DNA of 64,000 nucleotides, from positions 60,698,001 to 60,762,000 of the forward strand of contig JBNRSN020000019.1 in assembly GCA_051313645.2 (NCBI GenBank), read 5' to 3'. Positions within the stretch are counted from its first letter, which is position 1; each line of letters starts with the position of its first letter. Made by a program: the position numbers and the translations under genes. Shown here in pieces: positions 12,081 through 23,139 of the stretch. The notes under the pieces were generated by a model that was not told the origin of the DNA, did not search any database, and saw only the letters and a program-made list of their open reading frames with translations. This DNA is from Centroscyllium fabricii (Eukaryota).

Positions 12081-14351
12081 TCTAATATTTCCTTATTTGT
12101 TCAACATGAATGTACAAATGTATTATATGAAAGCAGTACAGAAAACTGGAGGTAGGATTCTAACCTCTAAATGAAATGGTTGGCTTCCAGCAGTCGCAAT
12201 GAAGCACTTGTCACCTTGAAATATTGGTGGAGATGTTAAATTTTCACTGCCGAGCAGAAAATTGCTGGTAACGGATCAGTTGCCCGTTATAAACCCTGCT
12301 CAATTTTTCTTTTATATTGAAGTCATTGAAATGCGGCACAGTGTAGAACAGGCAGCAACAGTTTTCTGCCTGATGTTAAAATTTACCCCATTATATTATA
12401 ATAATGTTAAAAGATAGCGTGAGATGTTCAAATAGCTTCCCTAGAGACAGTGTCAAGAAAACCTCTTTGCATATTGGCCATCTGGGAATAAGCTCAATAA
12501 ATCTACGCTAAAATTCTTAGGGATCGTTAAAATTCCAATTACAATGCAAATTGTAATTGTAGTCAAAGCAAACTGGAGAAGAACCTGATATCCAAAAGGG
12601 TAGTTTGTCTACATCTAGTTATCTTGCACTCCTTTTGAGAAGTTTGAGGCCTCTTCCTAGATTCCCACTTGCTTCACCTAATTTGTGCAGTATGAATGGA
12701 CCAACAAGAATAATGATAGATGCTTAGTAGAAGACAGTGGCACTCGAGTTTCATTATAACCTCCTGGGTCTGCATGCACCCTATTATTCTGAAACTTTTC
12801 AAAGCTAAAGTTTCAAAATGTCCTGTATTTACATGAATTAGGTAAGAGGAAGGTTTATAAACAAAGCTTGATGCTGCAAACCTGTGGTTGGAATCTTGAT
12901 AAGGACCAATGAAATGATAGCTGCATCAGAATATTCCGATGAGCACTCTAAAGCCAGTACATGAATTGCCTAAGTGTCAAAAGATTTTGTAGCAAGTAGA
13001 TATTGTGGATATTAAGGAGGATTCAAGGCATTCAAAACAGATTTTAAAACCAAGCAACTAAACTGACCAGAGCACTGAGGTTCACTGATAAAGGAGGGAC
13101 CTGGCCTAACGGAAATCAACATTTTAACCTACTGAGCAAACATGCACAGCTGAAAAAAAGCATAGTTGAGAAAACATGGACCACCACTTACACCTTTGCA
13201 AAAGAACATTTGTTCAATTTGTTTCCCCGTGGAAAACAATTTTTTTTCTGGGAGGATTTTTTGCAAATGAATGGACATTATAATTTTAGCACTGATAAAT
13301 GACAAGTGTTTCTTAGCTAGTTGTCATTCATAGATGATTTTTACAAAATAATTACATAACAGAATTGGACTGGGAGATTGCCAGGCATTAATATTTATGT
13401 TAATTTTTCTACTTGACTGCATATTTAACATGGCACTCTGAAAAGTAATTAAACTATGTATGGAGTACTTAAATAATAATATCTAATATTTAGCAATACA
13501 GCACAACAGTTGCTATGTTTTAATACTTTCTTTGGTTGTGTTTTGCTTTTGACGGAAAGATAGCGGAGCAGGCTCGAGGGGCCGATTGGCCTACTCCTGC
13601 TCCTATTTCTTAAAAACAGAAACACAAAAAGTAAAATGATCAAATGATAGGGAAACTCACCTATAGATTTCCTGCAATGAATGCAAAGCTGAAATGCCTA
13701 CCTGATTAATTCTGGTAGAGTTTGGCTTGAAGCTGCAATCAAGCAAATGTTGCAATCTGTGGTACTGAAGTGGCAACATAAAGTAAACCTCTTCCATTTG
13801 AAATTCTGTGCCTTCAGAGTGGAAGATTTCTGGTTGGTGAAAGTGTATTTCCCACTGAGGGTGGAGAAACATTCTCCTAACTATCCTCCTGAAATTTTGG
13901 AGGATGGTCTTTCACTTTCTTCAAAGTCATCTCTCATTAAGATCACTTTTTCCCCTCTTCCTCACTGCCAATTATTGATGAGTCAAGCTTCACATGAGAC
14001 TTGGGTTAAGCTTGGTGTGACAAAAATGAAGCATATTTGTCTTTATTGGATTAGTTATCAGGTTATTTTTTGATGAGTGGCCACACAGGGCTAAAATTTG
14101 ATCGCTAGCTCTATGGTCTGGTATGCCAAAGGCATTTGTAGGTGTCTGTGGCTGATTCCTGTTGAATAAAGGGATTTTGTATGCAAAGATATTTTGAATG
14201 AAGAGTTATTGATGTTATCTTTATTAAGCATTGTCCTTGACAACAGGTTGTACAGGTTGCACAACATGCTAATTGCTTGAGTAAATGTTCAGGGGGAAAA
14301 ATCAACATGGAAGCTCAAGCCAACATCACAAAATCTTTGAAGTGATTTCAT

Positions 14352-14855
14352 TTGGTGGGTGAAACTAGGACTTGGGGGCATAATCTTAAAATAAGGGGCT
14401 GCCATTTCAAAACGGAGATGAGGAGAAACTTCTTCATTGAGAGGGTGGTGGGGCTGTGGAATTTGCTGCCCCAGAGAGCTGTGGAAGCTACTATGTTGAA
14501 TAAATTTAAAACAGAGATAGACAGTTTCCTGGAAGTAAAGGGAATTAGGGGTTACGGTGAGCGGGCAGGTAAGTGGACGTGAGGCTAGGTTCAGATCGGC
14601 CATGTGATCTCCTGGACCAGTTTTCGATCGCCTAGATGGGTCGGAGAGGAATTTCCCAGAGTTTTTCTCCCAAATTGGCCACTGGGTTTTTTATCTGGTT
14701 TTTCGCCTCTCCCGGGTGATCACATGGGTTCGGGCGGGATCGAGAGTAAAAGTAAAATTGAGGTTAGGATCAGATCAGCCATGATCTTGTTGAGTGACGG
14801 AGCGGGCTTGAGGGGCCGATTGGCCTACTCCTGCTCCTATTTCTTATGTTCTTAT
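14352..14855 (+). mobile_element. CR1 3' end
   Basis: TRTWGHNLKIRG...RRNFFIERVVGLWNLLP, 3' UTR, and a ttcttatg tail. Confidence 0.9.
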
Positions 14856-15756
14856 TAGTAGCATCTTGCTTTGGATTGGTAGCTTTCAGAAAAAAATACT
14901 AAACAATCTAATTGCTCAGTTTTCTGTTTACTCATTTTTTATCTTCACGTACTGAAACTGAATCACTTGGATTCATTCATGGTTAGTTAATTGGATATTT
15001 CATGATTTCACATATGACCTCACATCAGAAATATCTATTTTTTGCCCAAAGGATACATGACACCCAAGGTGTGATGTCTTTGAAAGCCATGGCACTGACA
15101 TGTTCTAGACTTGTGTGGAAATATGTACTTCTTCACTAAAATTACTATTGAAGTTTTATTCTAATGTGCATGGGAAACAGAAGAATCAAAATGTATACTT
15201 AAAAGTTAGTTTCACAAACCTGAGTGCTATACTAAGAGCTTTTCACCCTAGGCAATTAAATGAATTGATTTTAATGAGCTTAAGACACTATCATTTCATC
15301 AGCAATACATTAATGTGGGAATTAAGGTTGATCTTTAACAAATGAAATTTACATACAACCTTTTATTTAGGCAGGAGACAGATATGGGAAAAAAAGCTCA
15401 ATAGATGTAGAAATATTCTCTTTATACAACAGGGTGGCACATGTGACAACAGTCCCACCTCCACTCCTAAGAAAGTGACATTTTCACTCAAGTAACAGAG
15501 CAGAAAAAAAGTATAAACTTGTGAAAGTTTTAAAATATAAAATGATGCAGTTTTGAGAAAATAGGACAGAAGAAAAAAATTGATGACCATTATTAAGCAG
15601 AGTACGGTTGGCTATTTCAAATATTCTGAAATATAATTAAACGGCTTTTTTCACACAGCAATTGTTCAACCAACATTTGCTGTAAACTTGATTTTCCTCA
15701 GTACATCAATTTAAAAATAACAATTTACACATCTGAGTTTTACTGGGGGAGCGATT

Positions 15757-16157
15757 AGAAACATAGAAACCAGGAGCAGGAGTAGGCCATTCGGCCCTTC
15801 GAGCCTGCTCCGCCATTCAACGAGATCATGGCTGTTCATCCAAACCCAGTACCCCGCCCCTGCCCTCTCCCCATATCCCTCGATCCCTATCGAGCCTGCA
15901 TCGACACATATCCCATCCTATCCCCGTAACCCCACATATTCAATCCCCCTAACACTGAGGGCCAATTTATCATGGCCAATCAACCTAACCCGCACATCTT
16001 TGGACTGTGGGAGGAAACCGGAGCACCCGGAGGAAACCCACGCAGACACGGGGAGAATGTGCAAATTCCACACAGATAGTACCCGAGGCTGGATTTGAAC
16101 CCGAGTCTCCAGTGCTGTGAGACAACAGTGCTAACCACTGTGCCACCGTGCCGCCCC
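15757..16157 (-). mobile_element. tRNA-derived V-SINE (HE1-like)
   Basis: Head ggcggcacggtggcacagtggttagc, V-domain tgcacattctccccgtgtctgcgtgggtttcctccggg, CR1-type tail. Confidence 0.9.
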
Positions 16158-16314
16158 AAGCACAAGTACAGATTGGAAAATCCTAGTAAACCCATTTTGT
16201 ATGAGGACTCAATAAAGCAAATGCCATGTGAAAGGGAGCAACCATAGATATCAAGTTGGATTATGTTTATTAGTGTACATTTTTTTGCCAGAAAGCTTCG
16301 ATTGTCAATACTAC

Positions 16315-16365
16315 CTTTCTCGGAATCACTTGTTCCCGACTTCTGCTCAGGAGACTCCTGAAATT
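16315..16365 (-). CDS. ANKRD26: Probable symmetric 51-bp exon F (possibly alternative)
   Basis: Long pyrimidine tract, cctag| ... |gtagta. Encodes (E)FQESPEQKSGTSDSEK, phase 1-1, which fits between exons E and G. Confidence 0.65.
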
Positions 16366-17460
16366 CTAGGTCGACAGGAAAAGGCATGAGGAACAGATGA
16401 AACAAAGTCAGAAACAAGAGAAGAGTAAACAGAAACTAAGTAGATAAAACAGCAGAACTCTAAACACAAATTACTGCCACGGGAATTACAGACAAGGAAA
16501 CACCATCTAAAAGGTTTATCTGGGCTTTCCGAATACAGTATTGCACTAAGAAACTTGAGTGGCCCAAATGTTAATTTACTGTTGAAATACTAAGTTTGAA
16601 ACTGAATTACCTATAAAATTATTGGTATTGCTGAACTGCAACACAGTGCCATGTTTACATTTTCACTAGGTGGCTACACAGAATTATTTTCCCAAGTTAC
16701 TATCTGAAATGATGGAGGGTCAAATGAAAATAGTCCAGTCATTTTTGTTCCACAAAAGCTAGATTACAAATAAAAGAATTTCGAATCTTCATGTGTTCTA
16801 CAGACAACTTTTCTTTAGTATTTTTAAAAACTGGAATCTGGGCATTGCAAATGATTTGGTTGTATAAATCACAGGAAGTATTGTATTTTGTGAATTAAAA
16901 ACATTATTTTGATTTAAAAAAAATTGTCCTCAAGTTAAAGAATGGCAGTTCTCAGGAACAACAAACTTTTCTACTCTAGTCTTCCAGTGTCCTCAAGTTC
17001 ACAGTTCGATGTTGCTTGATCTGATAAAGAATAAGGCTCTCCCTTTTCTGTCCCAAAACAGTATATTAATCCCAACCCTAGAAAATCTCTCACTCTTGGG
17101 TATGCTTCCATCTCCCACAACAACTATCTTTCTGGGCTCTACCAGTTAGATTGCCAGGCTCCCACATAACAGCCTATGGGATGGAGTGGGGATTAGGAGA
17201 TGTACAGTATGTTCAGCATCTTTGTTTTGAAGAATAGCTACCCCAGCAGCAAAAAGCTATCTGTTCGCAATTCAACAGTATTTTACAAATCATACTTGCA
17301 CCTTATCGAGGGTGGCCTATCCCGAGATCCAGCAGAATTAATAATAGCTCTGTTGAGCTGTACCTCATTTACCAATTACATCTATGCAGTAGCATTTGGT
17401 GAGGCATTAGTTAATCATAACTGATACCATACAACTGCTTGAAGGTTACCTTGGTATTAG

Positions 17461-17696
17461 GGACAAATGCAAAAAGTCACACAACACCAGGTTTATAGTC
17501 CAACGTTTTATTTTAAATCACAAGCTTTCGGAGCGATGCTCCTTCCTCAGGCGGCAGAAGAGACTCTTCTGCCGCCTGAGGAAGGAGCATCGCTCCGAAA
17601 GCTTGTGATTTAAAATAAAACGTTGGACTATAAACCTGGTGTTGTGTGACTTTTTGCATTTGTCCACCCCAGTCCAACACCGGCACCTCCACATTA
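17461..17696. mobile_element. Penelope-derived mini hairpin element with hammerhead cores on both strands
   Basis: Perfect 205-bp palindrome 17461-17665. Contains CTGAGGA-aggagc-atc-gctcc-GAAA-gctt. TSD tggtattaggga. Confidence 0.85.
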
Positions 17697-18269
17697 TGGT
17701 ATTAGGGAAACCATGAGCAGAATGTTGCTCCATTTCCTATCGTGGCCAGTGGTTAGGGTGGAAGAATGTAATTAGCCTAGCACCCTTAGGATGCGTAAGC
17801 TTCTGGTCACAGGACACAACAGCAAAGATGACCTGATATTCCTGGTTAATGTATTTCAACTTATTTTTTACTTTGGCTACAAACCTTCATTTTTTCTGTA
17901 CTATATGGCAATGAACTTTACAGTTACAATTAGTTGCAGAGACGAAAGCAATGCATATTCTAATCATCGAAAGACAAAAAACACATTAGATGTAGTGGCA
18001 GTGTGTTAAAATTGCTGCTTTTCTCCAGTCACACAATGGCTGAGCAGTACATTAAATTATTGGCAGTGGTTGACACATTCCACATTGCAGGCAGCACATT
18101 ATTTATAACTATACTTATGTTTATACCATGTTAAGGATATCATCAGGGCCACTGATTTACAATGACCAAGTCAAATTCCATTTTTATGAAATGATATTTT
18201 GAGTTCCTGACCACTGCTTTGGATTAAATTCCACAACTCGGGTCTATTATTCTGTGAATACTACAAATG

Positions 18270-18986
18270 GGTGACCTTGGTTCTCGCATTTGACTCTGAA
18301 ATCAGCTTCCAACCACATAGCTGCAGCATAACTAAGACCGCCTATTTCCATCTCCGTAACATCGCCATCTCCATCCTTGCCTCAGCTCATCCGCTGCTGA
18401 AACCCTTACTCATGCCTTTGTTACCTCTAGACTTGACTATTCCAACACACTCCTGGCTGGCCTCCCACATTCGACCCTACATAAACTTGAGATCACCCAA
18501 AACTCGGCTGTCCATGTCCTAACTCACACCAAGTCCATTCAACCATCACCCCTGTGCTTGCTGACCGACATTGGCTCCCCAATTAAGCAACGTCTCGATT
18601 TCAAAATTCTCATCCTGGTTTTCAAATCCCTCCATGGCCTCGCCCCTCCCTATTTCTAATCTCCTTCAGACCCATCCCATCATCCTACATATCTGCGCTC
18701 CTCTAATTCTGCCATCTTGAGCATCCCTGATTATAATCGCTCAACCTTTGGTGGCCGTGCCTTCTGTTGCTGAGGCCCTAAGCTCTGGAATTCCCGGTCT
18801 AAACCTTTCTCTCCTCCTTTAAGACGCTCCTTAAAACCTATCTCTTTGACCAAGCTTTTAGTCACCTGCCCGAATTTCTCCTCATGTGGCTCGGTGTCAA
18901 TTTTCTTTGTCTTTTAATCGTCCTGTGAAGCACCTTGGGATGGTTTACTATGTTAAAGGTGCTATATAAATGCAAGTTGTTGTTGC
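18270..18986 (+). mobile_element. L2 LINE 3' end
   Basis: KTAYFHLRNI, RLDYSN, and a tail gctatataaatgcaag(ttg)n. Confidence 0.85.
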
Positions 18987-20653
18987 TATTCAATATTATA
19001 TATTCCATTACCTATCTGTTATTAACTTTTATCCCTCATCAGTTTTAAAGCTGAGAATACTCATGATATGCAAAATGGGCCAGTAGGTGCTAGATATTTA
19101 GGCCCCAAAATTGCTGGGTTGGGGGGGGGGGGGGGGGGGAGGGTGCAAGTTGGCAATTACGCCTCTGCAGGGCCAGGAATTTCTGATAAATCTGATGCAT
19201 TCCGGGGTTCTGCTGCAGAAGCACCTGGTACAAACCCATTCAGTTTCTGGGTGTGCTAAAGAAGTATCCTCCCTCACAATGGCAGGTACTGTAAATGTAA
19301 ATGACAGCCATCACCTGCCCTAAATTCCGGCTTTCACTCTCTGAACAGTCATTCATACAAAAAAAAATTGGTCCCCTCAGTCATCAAGAACTCACTGCAT
19401 CAAATAAGATGATACTTTGGCTGTGCTCTTAGATGTTGAAGGGCAAACATCCGATGGGGGTGACCATTCACCCATTCCATCATTCACCCTCTCTCCTCAG
19501 CAGCTCATAGACATACACTCAAGAGGATACAGGTAATGTAGATGAGGAATTGACAAGTTCTGAGACACAGAGGACAAGAAGGCAGAGGACACATATGTGG
19601 AAGTAGTCTGATTTAATTGAGCGGAGGCATAAGATGCATCAGCCTCTGGCTGAAGAGCAAGTGGATGATGACCTCAAGAGTCCTCTGAAACGAAGAATGC
19701 TGGGCGAGCATCGGACATGTAGAAGTTTTGTGCAGACTCTCCCAAGGTGTGCAGAAAATGACTGGGATAGTGGAGGAGTCGGCTGCCCTGTTATGTAGCA
19801 GCATTCAACATACTCCAGGAAAGCCTGGTGAAAGTGGCAGCTCCAGGAGCATCTGCAGATCTTCCCCTACTTCATTTGATCCAAGATCCAGGCAAGTCAG
19901 TCAACTCAATGTGGAGGCACTGAGTGAACAACTGCAGGTCTTGGGAAACCATCTGGAGAGACCATTGTTTCCTCGTCACATGCTGTTTAATTCCAGATTT
20001 TGGCATGTCCTCTACAAGTGGCCTGCCATTATATGCGGTCTTCTGCAGGAGGAATGAATAGCGTTAACTGGCTGCTACAGTCTCCAGATCCTGCATTTAT
20101 AATCACCTCAGGGTAATATTGGAATGGACAGTAAATGCTGGCCTTGCCAGCAACGCCCATATCACATGAACAAATACAATAAATAATGGTAAGGGAGCAA
20201 GGAATTGTTTACCATGATTCCTCATGTATTCTGTAACTGCCAGCTTAGTAAATTAAAATCATAAACGTTCATCTCAAATACAAATTATATTGAGGACGAT
20301 TCCTGATTTGTTCTAGTGATTTTGCTATGACAACCACCAATATCTGCTCCTCCATTCAGAAATAGGGCTGTCGGTTCTCAATTGAATGATCCAGCACAGA
20401 AGGAGATCATTCGGCCTATCGTACCTATGCTCTCCTTTTGTTCCATTCCCCTGCAATTTTTCCCCTTTCAAGCAATTATCCAATTCCCTTTTGAAAGTTA
20501 TTATTGAATCTGCTTCCACCACCCTTTCAGGCAGTGGATTCCAGATGATTAACAACTCACTGCTTAAAAAAAAATCTCCTCATCTCGTCTCTGGTTCTTT
20601 TGCCAATTACCTTAAATCTGTGTCCTCTGGTTTGTGTCAGCTGTGGCTCAGTT

Positions 20654-21146
20654 TTTTTTAATTCATTGATGGGATGTGGGCGGCGCTGGCTGGCTAGGCC
20701 TGCATTTAGTGCCCATCCCTAATTGCCCTTGAGAAGATGGTGGTGAGCCGCCTTCTTGAACCGCTGCAGTCTTATTGTTTTTTGTAGCGGTTGTTTACAA
20801 CTGAATGGCTTGCTAGGCCATTTCAGAGGGCATTAAGAGTCAACCACATTGCTGTGGGTCTGGAGTCACATGTAGGCCAGACCAGGTAAGGACGGCAGAT
20901 TTCCTTCCCTAAAGGACATTAGTGAACCAGATGGGTTTTTGCAACAGTCGACAATGGTATCATGGTCGCCATTACTAAGACTAACATTTCATTCCAGAAT
21001 TAAATTGAATTGAATTAAAATTCCACCAGCTGCCATAGAAACATAGAAGAAACATAGGTGGGATTTGAACCCATATCCTCAGTGCATTTGACTGAGCCTC
21101 TGGCTTACTAGTCTAGTGACATAACCACTACGCCACCGCCTCCCCC
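20654..21146 (-). mobile_element. tRNA-headed SINE with Zenon-like LINE tail
   Basis: Head ggggaggcggtggcgtagtgg (A box) ... ggttcaaatccc (B box). The 3' end is nearly identical to the LINE tail at about 8338-8458. Inserted in the head of a Deu-SINE. Confidence 0.85.
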
Positions 21147-21336
21147 AAGTTGGTAGCACACTCGCCTCGGAGTCAGAAGGTTGTGGGTTCAAGTCCAGGG
21201 ACTTGTGCACATAAGTCTGGCCTACATGTGACTCCAGACCCACAGCAATGTGGTTGACTCTTAATGCCCTCTGAAATGGCCTAGCAAGCCATTCAGTTGT
21301 AAACAACCGCTACAAAAAACAATAAGACTGCACATA

Positions 21337-22767
21337 AAGGGTAGTAGGGACAAACCGGGCAACTACAGGCCAATCAGTCTTACATCTGTAGTGGGGAAAG
21401 TAATGGAAAAAATTCTGAGGGATAAAATCAGTTCGCATTTGGACAACCAAGGTCTAATAAGAGACAGTCAGCATGGCTTCGTCAAAGGTAAGTCGTGCCT
21501 GACCAATCTGTTGGAATTCTTTGAGGAAGTAACAAAGAGGGTGGATGAAGGGAGTACTGTGGACGTAGTATATATGGACTTTAGCAAAGCTTTTGATAAA
21601 GTCCCACATAGGAGACTAATAACAAAGGTTAGAGCGCACGGGATACAGGGTAACTTGGCACAGTGGATCGAAAATTGGCTGGGGGATAGGAGACAAAGGG
21701 TAATGGTAGAGGGCTGCTTCTGTGACTGGAAACCAGTAACCAGTGGCGTCCCCCAAGGATCGGTTTTGGGACCCTTACTGTTTCTAGTATACATCAACGA
21801 TTTGGATATGGGAGTAGGGGGTACGATCAGCAAATTCGCTGATGATACGAAAATCGGAAGGGTGGTAAACAACGATGAGGATAGTAAGGGGCTTCAGGAG
21901 GATATAGATATAATGGTAAATTGGGCAGAAAAATGGCAAATGGAGTTCAACCCAGAGAAATGCGAGGTCATTCAATTCGGTAGACCAAATGGGGTAAGGG
22001 AATATACCATGAACAACAAAACGTTAAATAGGACCGAGGAGCAGAGGGACCTGGGGGTACAGGTGCACAGCTCCCTGAAGGTTGCTGGACACGTTAACAA
22101 GGTGGTTAAGAAGGCATACGGAATTCTCGCCTTTATTAACCAGGGCATAGTATACAAAAGTAGGGAGGTAATGTTAAACCTGTATAACACACTGGTGAGA
22201 CCTCAGCTGGAGTACTGTGTGCAGTTCTGGTCACCGCACTACAGGAAGGATGTGGCTGCCCTGGAGAGGGTGCAGAGAAGGTTTACCAGGATGATACCTG
22301 GTCTGGCGGACCTATGCTACGAGGAAAGGCTGGACAGGCTGGGGTTGTTTGCCTTGGAGAAAAGAAGGTGGAGGGGTGACATGATTGAGGTGTACAAGAT
22401 CATGAGGGGACACGATAGGGTAGACAAAGGGGCATTGTTTCCCCTGGTGGGAGAGTCAAGCACCAGGGGACATAGATTCAAGATCAGGGGGGGGAGGTTT
22501 AGGGGGGAGGTAAGGAGAAATTTCTTTACCCAGAGGGTGGTGGAAGACTGGAACTCCCTGCCTGTGAGGGTGGTGGAGGCAGGAACCATCACAACATTTA
22601 AAAAATACTTGGACCAGCACATGAAGGACCATAACATACAGGGTTATGGGCCAGGTGCGGGCAACTGGGGTTAGTACAGGGAGGAGTTTTCCTGGGCCGG
22701 TGCGGACTGGATGGGCCGAATGGCCCTTATCCGCACTGTAAAATTTCTATGATTCTATGATTCTATG
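21337..22767 (+). mobile_element. 5'-truncated CR1 LINE with an uninterrupted RT frame
   Basis: ORF 21391-22674 contains QHGF, DFSKAFD, GVPQGSVLGP and FADD. Tail (ttctatga)x3. Confidence 0.95.
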
Positions 22768-23139
22768 AAAGCTAGGCTGATACTCCAGTGCAATGCTGAG
22801 GGAGTGCTGCACAGTTGGAGGTGCTGTTTTTTGGATGAGATGTTAAACCGAGGCCCCGCCTGCTCTCTCAAGGTGGATGTAAAAGATCTCAAGGCACTGT
22901 TTCGAAGAAGAGCAGGGGAGTTACCCCCAGTGTCCTGGCCCTCAATCCACATAACAAAAACAGATTATCTGGTCATTATCACATGCTGTTTGCAGGAGCT
23001 TGCTGTGTGCAAATTGGCTGCTGCATTTCCCACATTGAAACAGTGACTACACTCCAAAAGTACTTCATTAGCTGTAAAGCGCTTTGAGACGTCCGGTGGT
23101 CGTGAATGGCGCTATCTAAATGCAAGTCTTTCTTTTACC

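Larger units (their letters stand above)
20635..23130 (+). mobile_element. Deu-domain SINE (SacSINE1-like) split by nested insertions
   Basis: Head gctgtggctcagtt|ggtagcacactcgcc...ggttcaagtcc. Resumes at about 22770 with the Deu-like core atgagatgttaaaccgaggcccc...gtaaaagatc, then an L2-like tail. Confidence 0.75.

Noticed and set aside
19080-20057. Possible second Harbinger Myb remnant or MITE
   Set aside because: Only vague compositional similarity, with no diagnostic motif or TSD.
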